Positions 1 to 12,470 of a stretch of 64,000 nucleotides of DNA are shown here, one piece after another. The notes below the pieces were generated by a model. The model was not told the origin of the DNA. It did not search any database and was given only the letters and a program-made list of their open reading frames with translations. The stretch spans positions 1,178,001 to 1,242,000 of the forward strand of contig MU008164.1 of the NCBI GenBank assembly GCA_010909165.1, written 5' to 3'. Both the position numbers and the translations under genes were made by a program. The stretch is from Anthoceros angustus. Its lineage: Eukaryota; Plantae; Anthocerotophyta. The stretch's first letter is position 1. The number at the start of each line of letters is the position of its first letter.

Positions 1-483
1 GTTGAACACCTCCGACACCAGGCCCATGCCCGTCACCGACTGCAGAACCCCGTCGTGCGACGCCACCATCCCCGCCCCCTCCTGCCCCCGGTGCTGCAGC
101 GTGTGCAGCGCCAGGAAGCACAGCCTGCTGGCCTCCGGCTCCCCGAAGATCCCCACCACCCCGCATTCCTCCCGCACCCTGTCCTCCTCCTCCTCCTCCT
201 GCCCTTCCCCGCCCCCTCGTCCTCTCTGTATCCTTTCCACCATGGGGTTAGCCTCGGAATGGCCATCCCCCGCGACCCTCCTGCTCACCTGCCTCCTCCT
301 CCTCTCCTCCTGCCCAATTCTGAGAGCCACCTTCTGCCCCCACACCTTCCTCCCCCGCGCCCCCTCCCCGGCCGAGGCAAATGCCAACGCCGAGGCCGGC
401 GCCGGCGCCAGGACCCCTAGGTTGTCGGCATCCGCCAAACCCCTGCACGCGCATGGCTGCAGGACAGCCATCTGCGCAGCCAT
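1..483 (-). CDS. purF: Amidophosphoribosyltransferase (glutamine PRPP amidotransferase, plastid type), 5' part; runs off the window start
   Basis: Manual translation from ATG at 483 (gccgccATGG; upstream in-frame stop): MAAQMAVLQP...EEEEEDRVREECGVVGIFGEPEASRLCFLALHTLQHRGQEGAGMVASHDGVLQSVTGMGLVSEVFN. EECGVVG (catalytic N-terminal Cys, 163-165) and LQHRGQEGAG are ATase signatures, preceded by a transit/propeptide. Absent from the ORF track because there is no stop inside the window. Confidence 0.95.
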   Translation of the reverse strand, partial: MAAQMAVLQPCACRGLADADNLGVLAPAPASALAFASAGEGARGRKVWGQKVALRIGQEERRRRQVSRRVAGDGHSEANPMVERIQRGRGGGEGQEEEEEDRVREECGVVGIFGEPEASRLCFLALHTLQHRGQEGAGMVASHDGVLQSVTGMGLVSEVFN

Positions 484-2195
484 GGCGGCGCTCCTCACCC
501 GATGGCCACACCCACCAGCAGCTGTGGCACCAGCTCCACCAGTAGCTCCAGCTTCAGGAATTGCATCCTTTGCGTCCGCATTGCCCTCATCCAAGAGGCC
601 TAGGAGGAGGCGCGGCGGCGCCGCTCGTTGCAAAACTTACACTCCTATCACCACAGCAGCCACAGCCACTTGCCTTTGCCTTTCACATCGTAAAACAAGC
701 ACGTTACACACGTATGTATGTATATTTATGTGTATGTATATATATCTATATATAATTATAAGATCTATCAAGGTATATAATATATTGAAAGCAGTCTGCA
801 CATGGAAACCAGTGACCCTCTCTTGAGTGGGATTGACCCCTTATTGGTATGTATAGGGCTTTAAGCTTCTATTAAAATTTTAAATATTTAATTTTTTTTT
901 ATTTTGAATAAATTTTATTAAATACATAATCAAGTCAAAAATTTACAATCAAAATTTTAATAGATATTATTATATTTTTAATATATAATAAAACTATTAT
1001 ATATTATAAAATTTTTAAGATCTAGTGAGAAATTCACATGCAATATTCTATGCTGTACAAAAAAGGACAAAAAATGTAGACAATGTAAGAACATGTTTTC
1101 TATATGACCTCTGAGTGTTCATGAAAGTTCACTCTATGTCGGTTGTGGTACCGACCCATCCTTTAAGGTATGCCAAAGCGCACACCTCAATAGGGGTTAC
1201 CTCGAAATCCAATCACAGCCTTGTTTACGTTGTCACAGCCTAAATCCGGCTCAACCGATCGGGTATGAATGGCGACCTTGAGAATCATCGCAGGCCTCAT
1301 TGGCGAGCCCCATAAGGTCTTAAGTTTCTTGATCTGGCTATAGGAACGACCACTTGGATAAGCTTGATGGGCCACAACATTTTGGTTGTCCCCTTCATAA
1401 CAAGTATAGTGCATCAATGTGCAACTAATCTGAAGACTTAAGTGACTGGTCATTATCAACAGCAGAAGAGCGGCAATACCCTTTGAGCAATTGCTGCTTG
1501 TCATAACGACTTTTTGGACACATCGGCCGGCGGTCTGCCATGTTGAGCAAGGTGAAGCCACTCAGGACTCATTGGCTGAGTGGGTCATGAGGTATGTTTG
1601 ATCGGGTCCAACAGTTCTAGCCAAATCGGCCACAAAACCGGGCAAGTGATGGATTTGCAGCCGGGTCGTGTACTGAGAGAGCTTGAGTTTGTCCGCTTTG
1701 CTACCCTGATGTAGGGTGCATACTTTTTTTGGTAATCTCGTATGCGATCATGTGCTCGTAATAAAATTTCTTGTACCATACATGGAATCTATGTATTCCA
1801 ATATGATTTCCAAATTAAAACAAACAAGTCCACTCTCTATTCCCTTTGTATGCCATAACACATACCATATATAAAATATGATACCTATATAGTCGTCAAC
1901 CTCATCTCTTGGCCGGGAAATGAGCATATAAATCGAGGACACATCTAGTAATAGAAGGAAATATAAATAATACAATAGTAGTTACTAAATTTTTCACAAC
2001 AGAAGTATTATAAAAAAAAGGTTCCGTTTTTTTTTTCTTCCTCAAATTTTTGATGAAAGTCACGTGAAACAAATGGCAGTTTTTATGTCGAAGTTAAATT
2101 GTATCATTTTTTTTTCTCAATGTGTGTTTGTGATAGCTGTGTAAGTCTGTGGTTTGGAAAATCATATCAGCTCTTGAAACAAATGAAGTATTGAC

Positions 2196-3299
2196 ATGGA
2201 TTGGGACCGTAGTATGCAGTTGAAATTATTATGTTATTTTCTAGTAATGATTGTACAATATACTCAAGCAAAGAGGACTTTTGCATTGGTACCTGCACTG
2301 TATATTTTTGGTGATTCAACAGCAGATGTGGGTAATAATAATTATTTGGCCACCACTGCTAGAGTCAATTATTCACCTTATGGAGTAGATTTTACAAACC
2401 ACCAAGCAACAGGTAGATTTTCCAATGGCAAAATTATTGTTGACTATATCGCAGAGTTTCTTAGAATACATTATCCCCCGCCTGTGATGCAGCATAACTC
2501 GTTACAAAATATCATGAGACCTGGTCTAAATTATGCTTCTGGTAATGCTGGAATTATGAACAACACTGGAAGTGAATTTAGACAGGTTCTTTCACTTGGA
2601 CAACAACTTGATTTGTTTGAACAGGGATTGCCTGTTTTAAAAGAAGCTTTCTCAAATTCTGCTAGCGCAGTAAAGAAGCATTTCAAGTTATCTATATTTT
2701 ATGTGGCAATGGGATCAAATGATCTTTTTGCACTTTCCCGTAGAACAACAAATCAAGCTGAGATCAAAAAGAGTATCCATACAATTATCCTAAACTTTCA
2801 ACATTATATTAAGCTATTGCATTCTCATGGAGCTCGAAAATTTGTAGTTCCGCAAATCACCGCACTTGGTTGTGCTCCTGGTGTTATAGCAGAATTGAGC
2901 TCTACAATGACAACAAAAAATGGATGTGCAATTGAAATTAATCGAATGATATTTCAATACAATAAAGCTCTTGATACTATGTTTTACGACCTATTCGAAA
3001 ACAAGAAGTCAAAGTACAGATTGAAAGACAGCATGATTTTGCATCCATTATTTTTTAATAGAAGTCGTGCAATCTTTCAAAATCCCACACACCACGGTTT
3101 TGCGAGTAAAGGACCATGCATGATAAGCCCAACTTCATATTGCCATGAAACGAACACGATGGTTTTTTGGGATGACTATCACTTTACACAAAGGATGCAA
3201 CATAGGTTGGCAAATATCATCATATCTGGTAAAGTGTACAAAAAAAATAGACCACGTAGACCAAAAAATCTCCAAGAACTTATAAGAAATCACGCTTAG
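2196..3299 (+). CDS. GDSL esterase/lipase, single exon, with N-terminal signal peptide
   Basis: 367-aa ORF: PALYIFGDSTADVGNNNY (block I Ser), PYGVDF, TGRFSNGKIIVDYIAE, GLNYASGNAGI, MGSND, FWDDYHFT (block V DxxH). Confidence 0.93.
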   Translation: MDWDRSMQLKLLCYFLVMIVQYTQAKRTFALVPALYIFGDSTADVGNNNYLATTARVNYSPYGVDFTNHQATGRFSNGKIIVDYIAEFLRIHYPPPVMQHNSLQNIMRPGLNYASGNAGIMNNTGSEFRQVLSLGQQLDLFEQGLPVLKEAFSNSASAVKKHFKLSIFYVAMGSNDLFALSRRTTNQAEIKKSIHTIILNFQHYIKLLHSHGARKFVVPQITALGCAPGVIAELSSTMTTKNGCAIEINRMIFQYNKALDTMFYDLFENKKSKYRLKDSMILHPLFFNRSRAIFQNPTHHGFASKGPCMISPTSYCHETNTMVFWDDYHFTQRMQHRLANIIISGKVYKKNRPRRPKNLQELIRNHA

Positions 3300-3545
3300 C
3301 ATCTTGTGAAAAGAGATATGGTGACATAGTTGGGGTACGCATGTTTGCTTTCCAATGCAGATGTGTATCAATACATAGTATTTTTAAAGGATGAAATCAA
3401 TCCAAGCATGATATATTATGAGAGACATATGCAACAAGGATGTTGACACTAAGGAACACTTTGTTTTCCTCTGTGCCACCTATGAAGATATCGAGAATGC
3501 TTTTGTTTGCGCCACCTACGAAGATATCAGGAATGCTTTTACCAA
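3300..3545 (+). mobile_element. Non-LTR retrotransposon (LINE) 3' remnant, CCHC zinc-finger region
   Basis: ICNKDVDTKEHFVFLCATYEDI resembles the C-x2-C...EH..F.C..Y..IR motif at the end of LINE ORF2. Contains a short internal duplication of the CATYEDI segment. Confidence 0.55.
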
Positions 3546-4479
3546 CTTATTTACAACGGCTCGATCTTTTACTCCGAGGTTCCTTTTCTTTTTTCTGACA
3601 CCATTAATTTGTAGGTCAAATTCAGAATCACATTTAAACATCAATTCTTGTTTTGTAAATCTCCGACGTATCAATCCCATGACGGAAATTCCGTCCATAG
3701 TGACTCAGATAAACATCTCCTTCTATGAATGACCATTTGTAGTAAGCCTTTTCTAGGAAGCTGTTACCGAGGAAATGGAGCAGCTGCCATAATAATGATA
3801 CGGAAAGGTTACTAAGACCTCCTACAAGAGAAGCCCACAAATTGTAAACTATATATGGAAAAATACATGTTAGGCTTAGTCTTCAATTCCTTATACTTGG
3901 TAAATCCTTTATGCATATAGAGGGGCGGTCCTCGCCCATAGCTAGGAAGATCTATTTAGTACCTTTGTACATAGGGAGGCCCTCTTCCATAGCTTGGAAG
4001 GTGTCTTTCTTTTTGCATGATTGTTTGAAGAAGATAAAAAGTCTCCTCTCGTGATGATGATTATGAATATTGCTCTTGATTTTTACTTATTAAGAGATGA
4101 GATTGTTTTACTTACTATGCAAACTGAGATTATGGCTGACGGATATCTAGGAATGTGCCCTTGTTACTTTGACTACGCTGAATGTGTTTCTTCTTGCTTT
4201 CAATCACACTATGTAGCTTTTAGTTTGAGAGTCTATCTCGAAAGGTGTTTGAGAAGTTGACCTCCTTGTGTAATGTTATCCGAACATTCATATTATTTAC
4301 AACCAGGCTTACTAAACGTGATATCCCAATAATTTATCAATTTAAGCTAAACACGCTGCTGGAGAAAAACAAAAGTGCATGTAAGCAAACAATCAGAATT
4401 ATGTTCGTATTGTCAACGCTGTAGTTGCAAGTTTGGAGTAGGGTAAGGAAATTCAAGCCCAAATTTTGCAGGTTTGTTT

Positions 4480-5835
4480 GATAAATGCATTTGGCGATGT
4501 TCCAGCAGGTTTGTGTGATAGATACATTTTGGTAGACATTCCAACATGATGGATGCATAGAGGGTGTTCGATGAGAACCCTTAAGCTCCTACAGTCATCC
4601 CTGGGGTTGATTGATGAATCCCAGTCATCCCAGGGGTTGACAGATGAATCCCAGCACTTGCTGCAACACCCTAAACCCTCTTGCAACATGTACGTTTCGA
4701 GGAAGTTGGCACTACTGTGACAAATAAATGTGTGACGGACCAAGGAAGGCAGCTCCATTTTGAAATGCAGGAAGCAAAACTTGGATCTGAGGTGATGATG
4801 GGGACTTGCCTCATGAATATGTATGCAAGATGAGGGAGCCTGGATGATGCCGGGCTGCTTGGACAAAATTGCCAGAAGAGACTGGTGACCTGGAACGTGA
4901 TGCTTGCAGGATATGCTGAGCGTGGGCTAGGCGTAGAAGCCCTGTCAATTATGCAACTATGGCAACAAGAGGGCGTTCCATCAGCTGATCACATAACGTT
5001 TGTGCCATGGCTTCTGAAAGAATGAAAAAGCATCGGGTACATTGAGTTAGGGAAGGCAAGTACATGACCGGGTTCAGGAAATGGGGCTACAAGTTGAGGT
5101 GGTCCTTGCGAGCTGCCTGGTGGACATGTATGCAAAGTGGGGGAGCCTAGAGGATGCCCGTTGACGTCAGCCACAAGAGACGTTGTAACTTGGACAGCCA
5201 TGCTCTCGAGCGAGGAGCATGGGATAACCAAGAAGCGTTTTCTGTGTGTGCAAGCGTGCAGCAGAAGGGCATGGCCCCAGCTGATTGTGTGACATTTGTG
5301 TGCCTCCTCAGAGCATGTCCTAATATTGGAGCCTCGGACCAGGGGAAGCAGCTTCATGTGCAGACCTAGGAAAGAGTGCTTGAAAGCAGTTCATTTCTTG
5401 GGAGCTCTCTGTTGGATGTGTATGCAAAATGTGGTCAATTCCGTGATGCTCAACTTGTCTTCAACAAGCTGGTGCCAAAAACTGTGATGTTCTTGACTGC
5501 CATGCTCATGGGCTACGCCGAGCATGGACTGGCACAAGAAGCTCTCGATCTTTAAGCAAGCATACAGCAGGAAGGTAGTCACTCCCCCCTATCGTCATAT
5601 ATCATTCACATATCTTCAAAAGACATGTCTGCAAACCCTAAAGACCAGGAAGAATGACGGTGCTTGGAAAGAGCCTGGTTGGAGCTGGATCAAGCGTGAT
5701 GAGGAAGTGTGCACTTGTTGGGTGGGCGACATCCAGAACTCGAAACACAGTCAAATGTATGATATGTTAGCAAAGTTGACCTCTAACTCGAAACACAGTC
5801 AAATGTATGATGTGTTAGCGAAGTTGACCTCTAAG
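4480..5835 (+). pseudogene. PLS-class PPR (E/E+ subgroup) pseudogene
   Basis: Broken PPR motifs across frames (MYARxGSLDDA, WNVMLAGYAERG, DCVTFVCLLRAC, LLDVYAKCG) ending in KEPGWSWIKRDEEVCTCWVGD (E/E+ domain). Many stops and frameshifts. Confidence 0.85.
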
Positions 5836-6012
5836 AGTAAGGAGGCAGCATGCTCAATATCTTTATCCTCCTTGACCGAAGCGCACTCATGAGGCTTCCT
5901 AATTTACCTTCAAGAGTTTAACTAAAGTGCAATCATGAAACTTCATATTTTACCTTCAAAATTGAACCCCGCAGAGCATAACCAACATACAGCCTCTGAT
6001 GGCCTATGCAAT

Positions 6013-6416
6013 TGTTAGGAAAAGAGCTGAGCCTTTATAGAGAGGGAACACAACACTCCCATACAATATGGGTTATATGCACTAGGCACACTAGATACTA
6101 TCACACAAGCACACAAGAACACTTGCACACACCACATCCCACAAGTAGGTGGGCTTGGCTTTATATAGCCCTAGCCTTGGATCCTACTAGTCACTTACCT
6201 TGAATCCTATTGGTTACTTGACCTTGAGTCCTATTGGTCACTTGACCTTGAATCCTTCTTGTCATTTGACTTGCCCTTTACTTTTGGGCTTTCTAGAAGA
6301 TACTTTCTAGAAGATGCATGACTTTCAAGTTTGTTATTTTAGGACACTCTTCATAACCTGTTTTAGGGCACTCTTCATAACATATTTTGATATGTTGTAA
6401 TAAATCACTTCTAACA
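6013..6416 (-). repeat. Copia 3' LTR
   Basis: TGTTAG...CTAACA termini. Near-identical to 12471-12849. Adjacent purine tract GTTGAGTGGGAG (minus, 6417-6428) is a putative PPT. Confidence 0.92.
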
Positions 6417-7841
6417 CTCCCACTCAACATATCAAAATTATTCTCTTAGGCCTAGCATCTTGCTAAACCTAGCATGTTTGTCTAAAGTCAAGGCTTTGGT
6501 CAAAATATATGCCGGCATGTCTCCTATTGGACAATACTCTACCTCTTTTGACTTTACCTTCTCTCTTATAAAGTGATATTTCACTTCGATATGCTTGGTT
6601 CTAGCATGAAAAGTTGCATTCTTGGCTAAGAAGATGCAACCTTGATTGTCGTTGAAGATTGTTGTTGCTTCCTTCTGCTTGAATCCCATCTTATCTAGCA
6701 AGTTACGCAACCATATCGCCTCCATGACTGCAGAGCATGTTGCCATATATTCGCCTCAGAGGATAGAGCCACGATGGGTTGTCTCCTACTATTCCAAGAA
6801 ATGGCTCCCCATTCGGCATAAGCATATCCGATCGTAGACTTGCGACTATCAACATCTCACCCGATCAATCACAATATCCTACCACTCGGACTTCCTGCTG
6901 ATGCTCCTGTTGATACACCAAATTCCAATGCTTTGTACCACTCAAGTACCTCATTATCCTCTTCACGGCTTGAAACTGCTGTTGTCCAGAGTTAGCCATA
7001 AATTGACTTGCAACTCCCACTGCCTCTGCAATGTCAGGCCTTGTCCCTATAGATAAATAGGTGAGGCATCCAACAGCACACTGATAGAGAGTTTTATCTA
7101 CCTTCTCCTTCTCTTCTTCAGTTGTAGGACTCATCTCCTTTGAGAGCTTCTCATTAAGCACCATTGGTGTCTTCACAGGCTTGCACTCTTGCATTCCAAA
7201 GCGCTTCATGACATTCTCAACATATGTCCTTTGGCTCAAAGAGATCTTCTTGTTAGCCTTGTCTCTAATTACTTGTATCCCTAGAAAGTAATGAAGTTCA
7301 TCTAAATCCCTCATATCAAAACTATCATTAAGCTCTTCTTCGTATTGTCTAAGAGTTGCAAATCATTGCAAACAAGGATTAGATCATCCATATAGATAGC
7401 AATGATCATCATGGACTCTCCCACTCTCTTCACATAGATGTTCAAATCTCCATTGGTTTTCTTGAAACCTTTAGCTTGGAAGAACTTGTCAATCTTAACA
7501 TACCAGGTAAGTGCAGATTGCTTAAGACCATAGAGTACCTATAGCAATTTACATACCTCACTTTCCCGCCCTGGCACTTCATACCCTTCTGGTTGGTTCA
7601 TGTAGATCTCTTCTTCCAAATCTCCATTGAGAAACGCAGTTTGGACATCCATGTGATGTATCTCCATATCCATGATAGCTGCTATTGCTAAGAGTATACG
7701 AATGGATGTTATCTTAGCAACAGGGGAGAAAGTGTCGGTGTAGTCAATACACAGCACTTGTGTATACCCTTCCCACCTTGCCTTGTATCGCTCTATGCTC
7801 CCATCGTTGTGCTTGATCTTGGACACCCATTTGGATCCTAT

Positions 7842-9562
7842 AACAGCGTCTGTTTAGAAAGGGGTTTCTCCTGTCAAAAGGGGTTTTGGAAAAATCCCAA
7901 CCCTATTTCACGGAACCGAAGTTGCTTTGGTTTTGTTGGTTTTGTAGGTGTTCATCCATCGGTTCGGGCATTCTCGGCTCGGCACCACTTCTGTCGAGTC
8001 ATTTACACGCATTGGCGCCTTGTACTCGAGTTCATGGCGATTTAGTCGGTGTGATGAAGGCTAGTGACCTCATTGTTCCATAATTTCGTCATGTCCGTAG
8101 TTTACGCATTTTGTGTGGTTTTGTATGTTTTGTATACCGGGGGCCTAGGCGCATAAGTGCGCGTCTAAACAACGCTTATGCACAAACTTGTGCACGACCG
8201 TGCAAAAAGAACGCGAAAAATAATCTTCTAATGGGGACACATGTCCTTTTGGAGGTCGAGGATGTCTTGGAACTCCCAACAAAATAACAAGTAGTAGACA
8301 TCGGCGGAGGTTCACCTAGACCGCTCTCATATATCTATCCTATGCCCTAATGCGTGAAGAACACCCTATCCCTTTTATCCTTTACGGTGTTTAGTCTCTT
8401 TCGGTGACCTAGTCAGTTATCATCAAACATGTTAGGGGCCCGGTGGGTGAACAAGTGCATGTACCAGGGGCAAGGGGCCCGTGCGCGCACAAGTGCACGC
8501 ACAAGTGCATGTACCAGGGGCAAGGGGCCCGGTGGGTGAACAAGTGCACGCACAAGTGCACGCACAAGTGCATGTACCAGGGGCAAGGGGCCCGTGCGCG
8601 CACAAGTGCACGCACCCAAGGTCAAGAAGGGCCTAGGAGCATGAACCCATATGGTTCATGCCTCCTAGTGCATTCCCAGACGGTTCATCCAAAGAAAAAA
8701 AAAGAGCAAAAAGCCTAAAAAACCCTTAAAATCCCTAAAAAAATCACAAAAAAGTCTAGTTTTTTGAGGCAATTGCGCGCACAAGTGCGCGCACTTGCCC
8801 TAAAATTTTGACAATTTTTTGAATTGATTTGTATTTGTTTTGATATTTTTTTGTTTTAAAGGGTTCCTTTCGACGTTTTCAACCTTTTTTGTGCACCTCC
8901 CTAATGTGGATATGTTCTTATCTTTACTTAACCCTCATCTTTTTTCTAGTGGTTAAAACTTTGAACTAGTAGTGAGAACCTTTTGCAACTTTTGAATCTT
9001 GAGACGTTTGGCGTGGGCCCAGCTCCAAGTGCAGACCATGCCACTCTCATTCTCGCACTGCATGTGGATCAAGAACATTAGGTCAACGAAGATATTATTG
9101 TCCCAATGTCTAAGAAACAAAGTCCTGTAAAATTCTCAGAGCAAGAGTATAGTCTTAGGATTGAGTGGTATGAATGAAAGGTTGGTGCGCAAACAAGTTT
9201 GCGCACCGGAATTACAGCAAGCCCTAAAAACTCTAAACGTTTGTATACGTCCAACACCTGGCAATGATTGCCAGATGTTGGAAGCTTAGATGTAAGTGCG
9301 CGCATAAGTTTCTTGCGTGTCTAGTTTGAAAGAAAAGCCGAACGAGAATGAGACTTTAGGTTTTTGCCACGTACTTGCAATCTACAATCTCAAATAACGT
9401 GTATCAAAACAATTATTTAAAAGGTTGCGGGTGACATGTCTACAGAGAAATACCAAAAAGGCTGATTATAGTGCGGATTTTTTCAAGTGCAAAAAGGGGT
9501 CCGGCCACGTCCGTGTGCAAAAAGGGGTTTCAGGAGAAACCCCTTTCTAAATAGACGCTGTT
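7842..9562. mobile_element. Non-autonomous TIR DNA transposon (1.72 kb) inserted in the Copia pol gene
   Basis: 32-bp TIRs AACAGCGTCT(G/A)TTTAGAAAGGGGTTTCTCCTG with 1 mismatch. Flanked by a CTAT duplication (7838-7841, 9563-9566). Removing it restores the Copia sequence GRKCIGSKWV. No transposase inside. Confidence 0.9.
8440..8615. repeat. GC-rich GCACAAGT-based tandem repeat inside the TIR element
   Basis: Repeated gcacaagtgcac / gtaccaggggcaaggggccc units. Confidence 0.85.
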
Positions 9563-12452
9563 CTATGCACTTCCTTCCTTGGGGTAGAGAGTGATTTCCC
9601 AAGTCTTGTTCTTGATAAGTGAGTTATACTCACTATCCAGGGCTTTTTTCCACTCCTTCACCTTTGGCCCTTCCAAGGCTTCCTTCAAGCTTTGCGGCTC
9701 ATCAGCATCTACCAACATAGCCTCTTCGTCTTGCATTCATGGACTCCAAAATTTTCTGGGTTTCCATCGCCTTGATGATCTCCTGCGGTCGGGCTCCTCT
9801 TGGATTCTTCGATCTCGCTCCTCTTCATCATCCTCGATATCCGGGCTTCTCCACCTTCTATATCACCTTGTGGTAGAGGTTGCTCATGCTCGAGGTTGAG
9901 CATGCTCAAGAGTAGGTTGCTCAAGAACCAAGTCTTGTGCTTCTTCACGCTCCTTCAACTCCTTGATGACAACTTGCGTTGCTCCCACTCCTTTGTTAGG
10001 TTCCACAACCTCATGAAAAACAACATCCCTTTTGAAAATGATTTTCTTGGTTGTAGGGTCGTATAATCTATACCCGTTTACCTCATCAGAGTACCTAAGC
10101 ATGATGCCATTGGATGCCTTTAGGATCCCACTTGGTTCGGTTTTGCTTTGGAACATGAGCATAAACCTCAGAACCAAAGATCCTAAAATGACTCACGTTA
10201 GGTTTGACACCAGACCATGCCTCCTCCGGGGTCATTCCAGGTACAGCCTTGGTTGGAACTCTATTCAAAACATGAGTTGCTGTAGCAACAGCCTCTCCCC
10301 AAAAACGTACCTCCAACCCACTTTGATGGAGCATGCACTTGGCCGCCTCCACTAGGCTCCTTAGCTTGCGCTCCGCCACTCCATTTTGCTCCGGTGTGTG
10401 AGGAATTGTTAGTTGCCTCCGAATGCCATGCTCCTTGCAAAAGCTTTTGAATTGAGAAGAGATGTATTCTCCTCCATTGTCACTCCTAAGTGTCTTGAGG
10501 CATTCTCCACCAAGGTTTTCCACTCCTTGAATGTCTTGAACACTTCGGACTTCTCCTTCAAAAGGTATGTCCAACTCCTCCTTGTGAAGTCATCCACAAA
10601 CACTAGAATGTAGCGGGCTCCTCCATGGGTAGGGTTCTTCATTGGTCCACACATCGGTGTGTACAAGCTCCAACGCCTTTCGCTCGGCGCTCAATCCTTG
10701 GGAACTTGGTTGGTGAAGCTTTCCCATCATGCACCCTTGGCACAATCGCGCTCACCAATATCTTTCAAATCCAAGCCGGTCACCATTTGTTGATTCTTCA
10801 TCATCTTGATGTTGTCCACTCCAGTGTGCCCCAAGCGTTGATGCCACAAATCTATTGACCCAGTGCTCTTAGGCGAGCTTGACACAAATGTGCAAGCTTG
10901 TTGATCACCTACGGAAGCACACAACTTGTAGAGATTGCCTTCCAAACACCTCGAGCTATCACCTTGACATTAGGTGATTACGGTTGCTCGGGTTGGATCG
11001 ACATCCTCGAGTTGAACACAATCTCATTCCTGGTCGTGATTCTTGCTCGAAAGAAGATTCTTCGTGACCATGGCATGGTACATCCTTGATTGTACCTTTG
11101 GATGGTCCTCCAGGAGTTGAACTTTAATCACACCTCTTCCTTTGATCTCGTGTGACCTATTGTCTCCAAGCGCCACTTTATGCCCTACATTTCTTCATAG
11201 CTTGAGAACCAAGGCCGATTGTAGGTGAAGTGTTGAGATGCTCCAGAGTCGAGGTACAAACTCTCATCCTTCTTTGATGGGAGTTGTCGTACTCTTTCTA
11301 CGGTTGAGACAGCGAAAAGATGTTCTTCCTTCTCACTCACTTGATTGGCTTGTGACTCCTTTCCCTTCTTCTTCAAGTCAGCCAACCTTGTCCTACAATC
11401 CTTGGCATAGTGATTAGGCTTTTTGCAATAATGGCAAGTACCCCACACCTTTTTCTTCGCACCTTTCTCCTTCGATCCTTCTTCAGAGTTGGCTTGTGAA
11501 GTCTTCCCACGTGTTGTTCCCTTCTTTGAGAAGAGCACCGAGACTCCATTCTCTTCTTTCTTGAAGGAATTCTCTAGCTCCTCTTGTAGGAGCAACCCAA
11601 CCACCTCATCCAACATTGGTGGTTTGTCGCTTGGACGCATCACTACCATAGTTCTGAAGGCCAACACAAATTGCTTGTATGCGGATGGTAAGCTACTTAG
11701 CAACACCACGATAACCTTTCTTTCAGAAGGTTTGATGTCCGCCGCCCTCATTTGATCCACCAAGTTCTTCAACTTGTTGACGTGTTGTTGAATGGTTTCA
11801 CCCTCGACCATCTTGAAATTGGCAAATTGTTGCTCCAACATCCAGCATCTCATTCACCAAGCTCTTCTTCTTATACGTGTTGCAGAGGGTTATCCACGCC
11901 ACTTTTGATGTTGCACACTCACTCAATTGAGAGAGTATGGCATCGGACACATTGAGGAGAATCGTGGCCAACGCTCGTCCATCTTTCTCGGTGTCCGCTT
12001 CGGTGGGTGTTTCTCCGAGGCCATTGTCGACAAACTTCCATAATCCTCGGTTGATGAGAAGCATCTTCAGATTTAACTTCCACAATGTGAAGTTCGTGCC
12101 TCCAAACTTCTCCACTAGACGTGTCTCCATGCTTGTTGACGCCATGCCTAGTTTCCCTACAATTGATCTTGAAGACCAAAGCACCTCACTCACATGCACT
12201 ACAAAGTTTATTGCACACAACTTCTCACAAGCACAAGGCTAGGAACTATGCAGCAGGACGTGTCTCCATGCTTGTTGTCGCCATGCCTAGTTTCACGACA
12301 TTTGATCTTGAAGACCAAAGCACCTCACTCACATGCACTACAAAGTTTATTGCACACAACTTCTCACAAGCACAAGGCTAAGAACTATGCAATAGGTCTT
12401 GACTCAAGAACCTAGATAATAGTGCAATGAGGACTCTACAAGGCTCTTCAAC

Positions 12453-12466
12453 ATGGCTCTGAACCA
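12453..12466 (-). promoter_or_regulatory. Primer binding site (tRNA-iMet type, one-base variant)
   Basis: TGGTTCAGAGCCAT on minus just inside the 5' LTR, versus the canonical TGGTATCAGAGC. Confidence 0.7.
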
Positions 12467-12470
12467 CAAT

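Noticed and set aside
2-826. 274-aa plus-strand ORF and other short ORFs at 33-511
   Set aside because: Antisense or off-frame shadows of the GC-rich amidophosphoribosyltransferase CDS on minus.
1140-1975. Three short minus-strand ORFs that might form a degraded gene
   Set aside because: No recognisable motif in any frame I translated; cannot be supported.
3841-4330. Possible solo LTR
   Set aside because: LTR-like composition only; no TG...CA pair with TSD or second copy found.
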